64,000 nt of DNA from a virus: the IMG/VR virus record IMGVR_UViG_3300032315_001604, positions 131,164-195,163 of that record, one strand, 5' to 3'. The notes beneath the pieces are model-generated. The model was not told the origin of the DNA, did not search any database, and saw nothing but the letters and a program-made list of their open reading frames with translations. This document shows positions 18,186 through 30,400 of the stretch, one piece after another. How positions within the stretch are numbered: the first letter of the stretch is position 1; the number at the start of each line of letters is the position of its first letter. Position numbers and translations under genes: made by a program.

Positions 18186-21100
18186 ATGAGCAATCCGTTA
18201 TCTATTAATTTAAACAAATATGGTGGATATACAAACGCAAGCAAGTTTGTTTTTTCTACAATATATAATACTTTAAGTGATTTAAAGTTTATTAAATGGA
18301 ATTTGGGAGACGGTACAATTTTTTATAATCAAAGAGAAGTTGAACATTATTACGAATTACCAGGCGAGTATAACATTACATTAGTTGGACAAACAAACAG
18401 TACATTTTTATCAGCAGTTAGTACCATAACAGTTGAAAATTTTTTAAAAGAATCTGTATATTTTGATTTTATCCCACCTCCAACTTTTGCAGGGCATTAT
18501 AATAGATATCCTTTTAGAATTAAGATAACATCATCAACAACAGATAATCATTATGTAGATTTATATGCTCAGTTTTCTAGATCTTATCCGTACCAAGAAC
18601 CACAAAATAAATGGTCTTTTCTTAGACCACAATGGAGATTTTTAGATTTAAGTGGAAATCAAATATGGAATATTAAAACTACAGACTATCCAATAAAAAT
18701 TACAGAAAATAACGCAATTAGCGCAACAGGATTAACAGTAGGAGTAACAGGTTTTGCTGATTTTTATTTTATAGATGACATTTACAATTATGATTTAGCT
18801 TTATCAGGAGCACCATATACAACAATATGGGCTACTTTACAAACGAGTGCAATTCGTGTAAAAAGTGACGGATTTAATACAGACCTTACAATGCCAAGCT
18901 ATGCAAACAGCACTTCAATAGCAATGGCTCCATATGTTGTTTTAAGAAGAACACCAGAATTATTAGACATCAGAGAAAACGGAATTAAAAATTATAGTAA
19001 TCCAAGATGGACTGATGCTAAACAACCAATACTAATTAAAGCAGGATTTGCAGACGGTTATCCTGATGAATGGGTAGATGGTATAGGAATTCGAGAATAC
19101 GATAAAGATGCTAACTTTGCAAGATACATTCCACTCGAAGCACCTAATATACCATTGAGTGCAGGTGTTTTGGGACTATCAGGAGTTGAATTTTTTGATA
19201 AACCAGAATTTCAATGGATAGATGATACAACATATAAAGCTGCGGGTTATTATAAAGGAAATTTTACAACAACACAACCTTACGCATTTGGAGCATATGT
19301 TACAGCATATGCAAATATACCAACTCCAGCAACATCTGGTTCTTTTTACAATCCTTTAATTTGGCTTTCAAACCCACAAGCTGGAACATTTTCTATTGCA
19401 CAATATTATTATAATAATACATCAATATTTCAACAAATATCAACACCAAATTTAAATAAAGCCCAAGTCAAAACATTTAATATGCCGATTATTCAAAATG
19501 TAGATTTTGATATGGATGCAATGGCCCTTTCGGGATTTCATGGAATATATTCTATTGCTGCTTTACCTGCGCCACAATATCATGCATGGATGTCTGATTC
19601 AGAATTAGATAAACTTTATAGAATTAACTCATTAGGCCAAATTTTATGTTCAATTGATTTAAAATCAATTGTAGAAGAAAATAATTTGGGATTTTTAATC
19701 AATAAAAAAGTAAGTCCCGCCCAAATTGCTTTAGATGGCAATAGAAATATATTGGTTACTTTATATGATACGGTTTCTGTTTTAAAATTTGATCAAGTTG
19801 GAAACTTTTTATATGCCATTAATCCATTTCAAGTAATGACATATGATACTCCTTATAGCGAGTTAAGATGGTTTTTAGAATCATCTTATTATGATTCGTC
19901 TACAAGTGGAGATTATGATTATAATCTTATAGAGCCAACTGGGATTGATACTGATAAAGACAATAATATTTGGGTATCTTATTCAAATTCTTTAAGCGGT
20001 TTTGTTTTAAAATATAATTCCACAGGAAATGTGGTGTATTCTTTAGCAGCACCACTTTGCTCAACACCACAAGAAATTGTAACAGATAAAGATGGTAACG
20101 TTTGGATTTGTTATAGTGGTTTAAATTGGAATACTCTCGGTAAAATAGAAAAAAGAAGTTCAAATGGCACTTTACTTAGAGCAATTACAGGATTAAGAAA
20201 TCCGAATTATCTTACACTTGATACGGATCAAAACTTATGGTTTTCTTTTGCATTTCATAATGTTGGAACTATTAATACAAGAACTGGTACATTTTTCCAA
20301 TATACTGTTATCGGTCAAGATTTAAAACCAAACGATTTTCCTAAAAAGAATCGACCATTTGATTCCAAAGAAAGTACAGAACCTTGGTTTGATGTTCTAC
20401 AAAATGCAGATGAAACAGCAATCGAAGGAATCGCGTGTGACATGCGAGGTTATTTGTATATTATTAATTCCATAGAAAATCAAGTTTATGTATTTAACAC
20501 AAAAACTAGAAAGGTTATAGATAGATTTTATGTTAACCCCCAAGGATTTTTATTCTATCAACACGATCAAAGAGAGCCTACAATTATGGCATACTATCTT
20601 TGGAATAAGTCTTTACAAGCAGCAGGAGATTGGACAGGATGGAGATGGACAAACAAATATGGTGTAAATTATTTGCCTTACTACACAAATACAGCTAGAA
20701 ATTTTTATACTAGCGGCATTTCTCTACCACTAGATTTTTATGATCGCTCAGTTTATACGGCATTTAAAATAAACGAAGATTTTAATTTTTCTGAAAAAAT
20801 GTACAATGTGGCAAATATGCCAATTTTACAAGAGAGTACAAATTTTTTCCAAAACTTTTTAGGAAGTATTTTTGGAAAAGAACCTTTTTATCATGATGAT
20901 TTGGGAGTAACAGCATATGAAAAAATTGCAAACTTTGTTACCAATCAAGCAGATGTAGATACTTGTGAAATTTCTCAGTTATACAGTTTATCAGAAATGG
21001 TAGATTTAGATTCTGACGATTTTCAATTAAACTATCCACCAAGTATCAAAAGAGTCATGAATTTAGCAAGTGTAAATTTATCCAAGTTGATTGGTGTTAA

Positions 21101-21563
21101 ATGTGGATGTGGAGTATCTTTTAATAAACCAAACGATTGTGCAAAAGCAGCAATATGTTCATATTGTAAAAAAGAAAAATTAAATAACAGAGGAGATATA
21201 CTGTCATCTTTAACATATCAAGTTAGTGCAGGTACGCCTGTTGTTATGAAAGTTAAATCGATAGATACGTATCGTTTAATACCTACAGGGTTTGTTAACG
21301 GAGTTTCAGCATATAGTTTAAACTCTTTAGCAACATCAATAGGATTAACAACAAATTGGCAAGACTATTACGAATTCTATTCTTATTTAAATGTAACTAA
21401 TAATAGTATTATTGAAAATTTGATAGATTGGTCTTCAGACCAAACAACAATTTCTAGAAATCTTTCTACTTTTAATGATTGGTATAAACAAGAAGGAATT
21501 TTAGATATGTTTTTTAATTATGAATTATATAATGGTTTAGGTTTATTGGATCAAAACGATTAA
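18186..21563 (+). CDS. Large baseplate-associated protein (PKD domain, NHL-like propeller)
   Basis: WNLGDG..VEHYYELPGEYNITL; repeated P.GI.TD.DNNIWV; directly follows gp6. Confidence 0.7.
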   Translation: MSNPLSINLNKYGGYTNASKFVFSTIYNTLSDLKFIKWNLGDGTIFYNQREVEHYYELPGEYNITLVGQTNSTFLSAVSTITVENFLKESVYFDFIPPPTFAGHYNRYPFRIKITSSTTDNHYVDLYAQFSRSYPYQEPQNKWSFLRPQWRFLDLSGNQIWNIKTTDYPIKITENNAISATGLTVGVTGFADFYFIDDIYNYDLALSGAPYTTIWATLQTSAIRVKSDGFNTDLTMPSYANSTSIAMAPYVVLRRTPELLDIRENGIKNYSNPRWTDAKQPILIKAGFADGYPDEWVDGIGIREYDKDANFARYIPLEAPNIPLSAGVLGLSGVEFFDKPEFQWIDDTTYKAAGYYKGNFTTTQPYAFGAYVTAYANIPTPATSGSFYNPLIWLSNPQAGTFSIAQYYYNNTSIFQQISTPNLNKAQVKTFNMPIIQNVDFDMDAMALSGFHGIYSIAALPAPQYHAWMSDSELDKLYRINSLGQILCSIDLKSIVEENNLGFLINKKVSPAQIALDGNRNILVTLYDTVSVLKFDQVGNFLYAINPFQVMTYDTPYSELRWFLESSYYDSSTSGDYDYNLIEPTGIDTDKDNNIWVSYSNSLSGFVLKYNSTGNVVYSLAAPLCSTPQEIVTDKDGNVWICYSGLNWNTLGKIEKRSSNGTLLRAITGLRNPNYLTLDTDQNLWFSFAFHNVGTINTRTGTFFQYTVIGQDLKPNDFPKKNRPFDSKESTEPWFDVLQNADETAIEGIACDMRGYLYIINSIENQVYVFNTKTRKVIDRFYVNPQGFLFYQHDQREPTIMAYYLWNKSLQAAGDWTGWRWTNKYGVNYLPYYTNTARNFYTSGISLPLDFYDRSVYTAFKINEDFNFSEKMYNVANMPILQESTNFFQNFLGSIFGKEPFYHDDLGVTAYEKIANFVTNQADVDTCEISQLYSLSEMVDLDSDDFQLNYPPSIKRVMNLASVNLSKLIGVKCGCGVSFNKPNDCAKAAICSYCKKEKLNNRGDILSSLTYQVSAGTPVVMKVKSIDTYRLIPTGFVNGVSAYSLNSLATSIGLTTNWQDYYEFYSYLNVTNNSIIENLIDWSSDQTTISRNLSTFNDWYKQEGILDMFFNYELYNGLGLLDQND

Positions 21564-21604
21564 TTTGTCATTGATAATGCGTATTTTATTCTAAATATTA
21601 ATAA

Positions 21605-24600
21605 ATGTCGAATCAAGGATTCAGTATAGTAGAGCAAGGATTTTGGCCTAGAGAAACATATTCAGTTTCTCCAATACTGTCTGCAATTCCTTTAAATTTG
21701 GGACTTTTGCCATATAAAAACACGTTTCATCAGATAAAAAACACATATCTTCAATTAGAGTCTTTAACTGCATCATATTGGCCATTTAATTCAACTGTTG
21801 GTTTAGAGTCATGGCAAGGAGATATATCTCAAGCAGTAGATTTTTTAACCAATCAATCAAAGTTTGTTGTTAATACTTCGGCATTTAGAATTTATGATTT
21901 AGGTTCTTATGTTAATATATTTAGAGTTACTTTAAATGATTTGGATGCTGATGCGGGACAAAGTACTGATACTATATATGATGATATAGTATATGGATAT
22001 CTTTTTTATCCAAAAAGATTATTTTTACAACCTATTAGTGCTCAAAAAATTAATGCAAATTCTTATAAGTTGACTTGTTCTGCCGTTTTAATTAAACCAA
22101 CGGTTATTAACTTTAAAGATCCTGTACCAGAGAGAAGAACAGTAACACCATATTACCATGAAAGATTTTTAACCAATCCTCCATCTCTTGAACCGTTAAG
22201 TATATCTAAAAATAATGAATGTGTTTTATTTTATGGTTTAAGTTCTACGCAAACACATATAAACAGACCTATTTTAAACTATGCTCTGAATCAAAACAAT
22301 GCTTCATTTTCTTTCAACTTAGAAAATAATTCTTATAACAATTTACTTAGAAAAGATTTTAATTTTTTAAGTTTTGCTTTAAACTATCAAGCATTCGATA
22401 GATTTACAGGATTGCCTTATATTGAAACTTTTGAAAATTATTATTACGATACACCAAATTTTGGTATTTTACCATTTAGTAGACCCATAAGATTTTCATA
22501 TGACCCACAAAATAATCCTCTTCTTCAAACTTTTTACATTGTACAAAGCGGAATATCTTACACTGGAACACCAGGTACACTACTTCCTTTACAAGATCCC
22601 AGAAATTCTATTTTTTATGTTAATTTAAATTTACAAACAACAAATATTAGACATACCATAAAACAATTTTCTTTAGCAAGTACATTATATAATGCTGTTA
22701 CTGGAAAAGCAGGTACACCATTTAGCGTTTCTTATATTAACGACTCATCTAATATAAGACATAGCACAGAACCAGTTCAAGGTACAATTTCTAATTTTTA
22801 TGTTCATGGGGATTCGTCCAGCACATTAGGAGTTCGAGTTTCTTCAACTGTTGCTAAATGTGATACCGTTACTTTTACAACAAAACACCCACCACATTAT
22901 TATGCATATAATTTGGCTATGGAAGCAATGCCAAATTCAGCAGGAGTTCAAAATAATTTTACAGAACTTACTGAAATTAATAATTTAACATTTCATTTAA
23001 GTTCTTTACCAATTAATAGAACAGCTTCATCTGTATTTGTTTCAACATATCTTTATTCAGATTTTAATTGTTTAACTTTAGATCTTCCAACATATGCAAC
23101 GAATGATAAAATAAAATATGTTCAGCAAGGAAATGATGACTTTTTAGTACAATCTATTTCGGCTTACACATATCCAGATGGTGTTAAAACATATTATAAT
23201 TTTAATACATCTCCTTGGCTTAATGCTAATAAAAACAGTGATTTAGAAATCACATATCCAACTACATATCAAGACACAATTAACTTTACCATTAGAGCTT
23301 CTTTATCAACATTAGCTGGAAATAAAGATGCAATATTAAATTCATCCATACCGTTAATAGGTTTATATAATCCTCCTGCATATCCTCTACTTTTAAATAA
23401 AATTGTAGAAGGAGATGATTTTATGGATGTAACGGCGGAATCACTTACATCGATATTTGTTTATCCAGGAGTAGATTTAACAGACACCAATATATCTTGG
23501 AGGGTTAATCCTAATAGTAATGATTTTAAATTAAACTATTTAATTAAAGATACAAACGGTGTTTATAAGCCAGTTAATTTTTTAAATAAAAATACCAGTA
23601 TTAATTTCGATAATTTTTCTTGGGCTGTTAGAATTTCTGGATATGGACCTACTCCAATTGCTCTTACATTATCTTCACAACAATATAATAATTTTGTAAC
23701 AATTTCTTCTGACCCTTCGTTTTTTGATTTTTTTGTAGAAAAAAGAATTATTATAGGACAAAAAGTAGTTTATGATAATTCTTTAGAAACAAGAACAGTA
23801 ACATTAACAACAAGTGTTCCTTATAAGGGAAGATTATACAATCTTCCTTTAAATCTTCCTGTTTTTTGGAGTTGGACTTATAACAATAATACAATTACGC
23901 CAACAATTACTGCATTATATACAATACCACCTTTACTTGATGATGTGTACGAAGCAGGAGAGAATTTAAATTCTCAAACTTTAAGTTCTTTAAAGTTTTT
24001 GATAAAACCTAGACAAACATCCAATACGCCAATAGGAAATAGTGTAAAAATAAACTTTTATACCACAGATACTATTTTACCTTATAGTGGAACATTCCAA
24101 TTTGTTGCAGACGATTTTCCAAATAAAACCATATTCAATTCTGATTTTGATATCAGATACAGAAGTTTTCCAACTGTTAAAATTTTGGATACTAGGAATA
24201 ACCAATTCGTTTTAACAAGACCAGATACAGGAAATTCAAAATATACATTAAGAGCAAATACAGACATTATCCCATTATTGAATTCTGAAAATTATAGTTG
24301 GGATATTACTAAAAGTACAACTCCGAGTGTTTCTACAGTATATGGTTTGACCGCAATTAATTTGGATACTGATGGCGTATACGAAACTACAGTAACATTC
24401 ACTGCAATATCTGCTACTGCTCTAGGCTGGTCGTATCCACACAACGCAACACAAACAGTAAAAATATATACTTTAAATAGTACGGATTTTAATAGATCTC
24501 CATCATTTATATTATATCCAGAATTTGCATGGCAAAATGCAAAACTTCAAATTTTAAATGATTCTAATTTTAGAACTTATGCAGCATCTACAAGTTCTTA

Positions 24601-27409
24601 CGGGTATAAGAAAACAAGTACAGAGTTTTATTATATTTCAACCTTTCCTACATATACAAAATATAATTTTTCATATGGATATGATCGTCAACCGATAGCA
24701 ACATCATTTACAAATAATAGAGGAACTATAGAAATCCCATATAATACACAATTTTATTCAAACACAGGAATAACATTACAGTTAACAGCATTTAATATTT
24801 TTTATCCAGAAAACACACCTTTAAGATATCAAATAGTTGAAGGTGCATCTTTAGTTACAAAGACTTATAATATTACAGCACAAACAGTACCATATAGTAC
24901 TGGCACAAGTTCTGCATTAAGATTCTCACAAAATCCTAAATTAATGGATTATAATAGTATATCACATACTTTTACAGCAACGATTACGTCTTTTGATTTA
25001 GATGTCAATAGAGTTATATACGTAGATCAAAGAATAGAAACAAATCCAAAAAATAGAGCAGCATTTCCACAAGAAAACATTTCAACTATCACCTATATAC
25101 TTTCTACTCCTCAATGGAAATCTTATAAAAATGTACCAGCATTGAACGGTTTATATCCAATTTATACATTAAAAGTTGGGGATGAATTTAGTCCATTAAC
25201 TCTTAATGGGTCGAAATATAATACATTAAGATTAAATGCATCCGCTGACTTAAACATCAAAATACCACCAGAAACATTTGATAATTATGCGTTTTTTCAA
25301 TATACAGGAAATAGAGATTTATGGGACACTAAAAATATTGTTTTAACATCTGATTTAGGTCCAATATCAAAATGGAGAACCTTAGTTGCATATTCAACTT
25401 CAACATCACCTCAAATATATTTTAGTACATACTATACAATTACTGGATATAACATATTCGTAGAGTTTGAGACTCCTGATTATCAATCAAATCCAATTAC
25501 TAGTTATTCTGTAAATTTTGGTGATAGTACTATTCTTACACAAAATAAAAATACAACATTTAATCATCAGTATAGCAGTGTTGGTACATTTTTTATAACG
25601 TATAGTGCCATTCGACAAGATTCTTCATTTACCAAATACTTTGCACAAGTTCCTTTTATAGTAAAAGATAAGTGGCCTGAATATAATCAAGAAAATATTA
25701 GAATTTTAAATGAGGCTGTTTTGAATTTGCCATATACTTTAGATGAAATTTTAATACAACCAAATGAATTTGGAGACAATGATATTTTTAATACATGTAT
25801 TACACGATTAAACGAATGTTTAGAATACTTAAAAAGTAATACACAAACCATGAATATAGATGCACCGATTCTTTATTATGGTTGGTTAGGAAGTAATCTT
25901 GAAAATCAAAGTGATGGTATCAGATGGTATACTTCTACCTATGGTTCAAATTACTATAATCTTTTAGATAATGCCATAAGCAGTGGGAAAAATTATTTTG
26001 AAGATATTCGTAGTATAAAATTCGATAACAAATACATTTACGTTTTAGATAATTCAAAATTTAGACTTTTTAATAAAGATAAAGATGCAAGTGAAATTTT
26101 GTTTGATAATGCATCAGAATTAAACGGAATTTTTGCTGATCCTAAATCAATCGCAATTTCACAAAATAGTCAGTCTATATATGTTGCAGATTCTATACGT
26201 CATAAAGTATATAGATTTGATTTTGATTTTACAGATCTTAATAAACCAATCTTTTCATTAGTTTTAACAATAGGATCTTTTGGAGGATTAAACGATAATA
26301 ATAGATTTGATTATCCATCAGAATTACAATACAGATCAGACAGTTTATACGTTTTAGATTACAATAACAACTGTGTTAAACAATATAACAAAGATTTATC
26401 TTGGATTCATACATATTATGATGATTTATTTGTAAATGACCAAATTCAAAATATTGCAGTTCATCCTACAAATTTATTATATGTTTTAGGAAAAACTTTA
26501 AAAGTTTATGTTTTTGATACATTAGGAGAAACTTCTTTTAAAACTTTTGATTTACCAGAAATATCTAAAAACAGTGAAATAGCAAGCATATTTTTTGATG
26601 ATGCTGGAGAATTTTTATATGTTTTAACAGATAAAAATGTTTTTAAATATACAGCAGTTGGTGAATATATTACAACTTTAAACATACCTCAAAATAGTCT
26701 TGCGTTTGTATCAGGAGATATATCAGAAAATAAATCAATTAATATTGCTTCTAAAAATTCAATATTACGCTTTCAAGATTTTGTTGAAATATTTAAAATC
26801 GGTGAAGGATTATCTACATCTTATTGGTCTTTAAATCAAATGCATCTTGCTAAAGAGGAATTTGCACAAGATTTAAATTATAATGCGGCATTGATAAAAG
26901 TTGCACAAAATTTAAAAACTTTTAGAACATCATTAAATGCAAAATTCGCACTTGTATCCGAACAAACATCAAAAGGTACTGTAACATATTTTTCAATTAT
27001 TCCGATAAATGTCGAAGATAGACCAGCATTTGAAGATGATATCGAACTTGAAAGATTAAGAATCGGAACTAACGAATTTCATATACCTACAGTTATTAAT
27101 AGAGAGTTAACAAAATTATATAACGCTTTGTTTGATTTAACATCATATTTAAATATAGTAAGTACAAATACCGATTCATCAACTACAGATAATAATGGGG
27201 GATCTGGATGTACAGGTAGTTTTTGTTGGTCATGGAAATCGATGGCTTGTTATAACTTAAGTTTACCGATTATCCGTTTATGTAATATCAATCCAATTAC
27301 ATATGCAGAATTGATTAATACATTCCCAATTAATTATGCACCAACAAAAACTTGGGGTGAAGCATATGCAAATTGTTGCAGTGATTATGTTTCTCCTTTA
27401 GATAAGTAA
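21605..27409 (+). CDS. 1934-aa virion protein (PKD domain, NHL-like repeats)
   Basis: VNFGD..FNHQYSSVGTFFIT; DPKSIAI..IYVADS..KVYRF; FDYPSEL; TAAATA at 21592-21597. Confidence 0.7.
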   Translation: MSNQGFSIVEQGFWPRETYSVSPILSAIPLNLGLLPYKNTFHQIKNTYLQLESLTASYWPFNSTVGLESWQGDISQAVDFLTNQSKFVVNTSAFRIYDLGSYVNIFRVTLNDLDADAGQSTDTIYDDIVYGYLFYPKRLFLQPISAQKINANSYKLTCSAVLIKPTVINFKDPVPERRTVTPYYHERFLTNPPSLEPLSISKNNECVLFYGLSSTQTHINRPILNYALNQNNASFSFNLENNSYNNLLRKDFNFLSFALNYQAFDRFTGLPYIETFENYYYDTPNFGILPFSRPIRFSYDPQNNPLLQTFYIVQSGISYTGTPGTLLPLQDPRNSIFYVNLNLQTTNIRHTIKQFSLASTLYNAVTGKAGTPFSVSYINDSSNIRHSTEPVQGTISNFYVHGDSSSTLGVRVSSTVAKCDTVTFTTKHPPHYYAYNLAMEAMPNSAGVQNNFTELTEINNLTFHLSSLPINRTASSVFVSTYLYSDFNCLTLDLPTYATNDKIKYVQQGNDDFLVQSISAYTYPDGVKTYYNFNTSPWLNANKNSDLEITYPTTYQDTINFTIRASLSTLAGNKDAILNSSIPLIGLYNPPAYPLLLNKIVEGDDFMDVTAESLTSIFVYPGVDLTDTNISWRVNPNSNDFKLNYLIKDTNGVYKPVNFLNKNTSINFDNFSWAVRISGYGPTPIALTLSSQQYNNFVTISSDPSFFDFFVEKRIIIGQKVVYDNSLETRTVTLTTSVPYKGRLYNLPLNLPVFWSWTYNNNTITPTITALYTIPPLLDDVYEAGENLNSQTLSSLKFLIKPRQTSNTPIGNSVKINFYTTDTILPYSGTFQFVADDFPNKTIFNSDFDIRYRSFPTVKILDTRNNQFVLTRPDTGNSKYTLRANTDIIPLLNSENYSWDITKSTTPSVSTVYGLTAINLDTDGVYETTVTFTAISATALGWSYPHNATQTVKIYTLNSTDFNRSPSFILYPEFAWQNAKLQILNDSNFRTYAASTSSYGYKKTSTEFYYISTFPTYTKYNFSYGYDRQPIATSFTNNRGTIEIPYNTQFYSNTGITLQLTAFNIFYPENTPLRYQIVEGASLVTKTYNITAQTVPYSTGTSSALRFSQNPKLMDYNSISHTFTATITSFDLDVNRVIYVDQRIETNPKNRAAFPQENISTITYILSTPQWKSYKNVPALNGLYPIYTLKVGDEFSPLTLNGSKYNTLRLNASADLNIKIPPETFDNYAFFQYTGNRDLWDTKNIVLTSDLGPISKWRTLVAYSTSTSPQIYFSTYYTITGYNIFVEFETPDYQSNPITSYSVNFGDSTILTQNKNTTFNHQYSSVGTFFITYSAIRQDSSFTKYFAQVPFIVKDKWPEYNQENIRILNEAVLNLPYTLDEILIQPNEFGDNDIFNTCITRLNECLEYLKSNTQTMNIDAPILYYGWLGSNLENQSDGIRWYTSTYGSNYYNLLDNAISSGKNYFEDIRSIKFDNKYIYVLDNSKFRLFNKDKDASEILFDNASELNGIFADPKSIAISQNSQSIYVADSIRHKVYRFDFDFTDLNKPIFSLVLTIGSFGGLNDNNRFDYPSELQYRSDSLYVLDYNNNCVKQYNKDLSWIHTYYDDLFVNDQIQNIAVHPTNLLYVLGKTLKVYVFDTLGETSFKTFDLPEISKNSEIASIFFDDAGEFLYVLTDKNVFKYTAVGEYITTLNIPQNSLAFVSGDISENKSINIASKNSILRFQDFVEIFKIGEGLSTSYWSLNQMHLAKEEFAQDLNYNAALIKVAQNLKTFRTSLNAKFALVSEQTSKGTVTYFSIIPINVEDRPAFEDDIELERLRIGTNEFHIPTVINRELTKLYNALFDLTSYLNIVSTNTDSSTTDNNGGSGCTGSFCWSWKSMACYNLSLPIIRLCNINPITYAELINTFPINYAPTKTWGEAYANCCSDYVSPLDK

Positions 27410-27482
27410 TATTAAGCTTAATCTAAAATAGTAACTCAGAAATGGGTTCTTGGAAAAAATTCCATAGGCTTGCGATTAACTT

Positions 27483-30400
27483 ATGAGCAATAGATTTCAC
27501 AATAAATGGCATAGAAAAAACCATCATACGTATGGAAATGCATCAAATCCTGATGCAGCGCATGACCCAATCGCAAGTAAAGATCAACCATTTTTAGGAG
27601 AATTTGTTTTACAAGGAGCATTGTGTGCAGTAGCTCCTATGAGTGCTTTTGCTGGTTATTTTTACTCTAACTTTACAGGTCTTTGTGCATTTGCTGGTTA
27701 TAGAGCAATTCAAGCAAAGGCTTTTAGCTTTCCAGGCGGTGATAGCATCGGTCTTCAAGTAGATTCACAAAACATTGCTATCAGTGCTTATGCTCCTTGG
27801 GTTGGTTTGAATGTTTATAGCATGACCCATGCAATTTCTGCTTATGGCAAAGGTCGTGGTGCATTTATTGGTTCTGACATAAAAGGGGCCGAAATTGAAG
27901 GTGGATCAATAGGAGCAGAAATTTACAGTGATAATAAGGCTATTAGTGCTAATGGCTTTTTAATGGGTGCAGAAATTTACAGTAATCGCAGAGCAATTTC
28001 TGCATATGGTAGTTATACTGCTGCGGAACTTTATGGAGCAGTAAGAGCAATATCTGCCATGAGTCCAAATCTAGGCATTGAGGTTTATAGTAATAATAGA
28101 GCAATTTCTGCATATGGAACATCAATCGGTTTAGAAACAGCAAGTCCACAAGTGGCTTTATCAGCTTATAGTCCAAAAATTGCTATTCGTGCATATGCTC
28201 CAATTTATACTCAAAATAGCGATGGTGTTCGTGCATTAGATGTAAGAGGATTTAGTTTTTTTGATGGAGATGTAACAATTTCAGGAAACTTAACGGCTGC
28301 TGGAGCTTTGACATATCTTGATACTAAAGTTCAAATTACATCATCTCTTTATGTTAAGAATGAAGGAACGGATACGGCATGTACAGTTATTCAAACTGGA
28401 AATGTACCTGTTGCTCATTTTTATGATGATAGCAACTCGGCATTTTTTATTGATGGAAGTACAACGGCTCCAGGATTTGTTGGAATTAATACCGCAACAC
28501 CAAATCAAAGATTAACAGTTGTTGGAAATATTTCAGGTTATAGTGATGAAGTATCATTTAATGCAAGCCGTGCAAGCGGTAGATGGAGTTTTGCTTCTGG
28601 TACTAGCAGAGCAACAAACAATCTTAGCAATGCAGAAGGTTCTTCTACATTAGCTTCTGGAATAGCAAGCCACTCACAAGGTATTAGAGCAGTTGCTTCT
28701 GGAGAAGCAAGCCATGCGGCAGGATTTGAAACTTTAGCTTCTGGACAATACGCTACATCAATAGGAATTGTAACATCTGCCACGACACAATATAGTTTTG
28801 CAGGTGGTGTAAACTCTATAGTAAAAGACAGGTATAATGGATTTGCGTTTGGTAATACTAATAGAGTGACACACGATTCTGCTGTTGCTCTAGGTGGTAA
28901 CGCTAACTTAGCTAGTGGTCCTAGAGCACACTCATCTGGATCATCAGGTTCTATAGCATCTGGATATGAAAGTTATACAGAAGGAACAAGAACAGGTACA
29001 GGAAATAGAGTTCCTTTCCAGTCATACAACCCTGTAACAAAAACATTTACATTCAGTCCAGCAAATTCAGCACTCTTTTTTGGACAATTTTATGGCAATT
29101 TGCAAGTAACTTTAAGAGGTTGCATAACAGGTGGTGGTCTAGGATCCTTTCACGAAGGAGATTTTTTTGATATTCAAGTACAGCCTAATAGTGAAGCAGC
29201 AGTAACACCATTTAACACACTTTCGGCTCTTGGAGTTTATCCTTTATCTGGTGGAGAAATCACATGGAGTATCGGAAGCGGTAAAGGTTGGATTCAAAAT
29301 GGCTCTGGTTGGGAAAGTCATGCAGAAGGATACGAATCAGTCGCATCTGGTTTTCGTAGCAGTCATGCAGAAGGAGTTAGAACATTAGCAAGGGGGGATA
29401 ATGGCTCACATTCTGAAGGTTATGAAACGGTTGCTTCAGGTAGATTTGGATCACACGCAGAAGGATATGAAACAGTAGCTTCTGGATATTATGGAAGTCA
29501 TGCAGAAGGTGAATTCACAGAGGCTTTTGGAAATTCTAGTCATGCCGAAGGATCTGGTACAATAGCTGGTGGAGAAGATAGTCATGCGGAAGGACAAAAC
29601 ACATCAGCTTCTGGAATAGCAAGTCATGCAGAAGGAAACGGTACAACAGCATCTGGAGATTATAGTCATGCAGAAGGATCTAATACAAGAGCTTCAGGAA
29701 TAGCAAGCCATGCAGAAAACGCTCTCACATTAGCTTCTGGAGATGCAAGTCATGCAGAAGGATATCAAACAAGAGCTAGAGGATATGCTTCTCATGCAGC
29801 AGGATATAAATCAGAAACTCCATATGATTATTCTTATGCATGGTCTGGAGATAACACATTAGTTCGAAATGTATCATCTTCTTTACCAAGACAATATTTT
29901 ATATATGCTCCAAGCGGAGTATATGTTCCTCTCGGAATGGTCGGTATTGGAACAGGAACAGATTATCCTAATAATAATTATGGGTTTCCTCTTACTGTAA
30001 ACGGTGGAATAAGTTCAAAAGGATTAAGACTCTGGGATAATAGTCAATTAATATTTGGATATTATCCATCATCAAATGACGGAGCAGCAATATTTTATCA
30101 ACCAGAAGCTGCTGATCGTGGAACTTTAACTATTCAAACAATAGATAATGCAGATTCTAAAATTGTATTAAGACAATTTGATCAAACATCAACAAACAAT
30201 TATAATAGATTAATAGTTGGATCAGATGGAAATGTTGGTATTGGAACAGGAACAGCAACAGCAATAGATACATTTAATACCACGCTTGCGGTATATGGAA
30301 CATTGAGTTCTTATAATTCTTATGTTGGCGAAAAACTTTATTTTGGTTCATCTACTACACCAGATGTCAATTTATATAAAAGCGCAGCATCTACTCTTAA

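Noticed and set aside
27442-27486. 14-codon uORF overlapping the fibre start (ATGA)
   Set aside because: It is short with no supporting signal and is easily chance.
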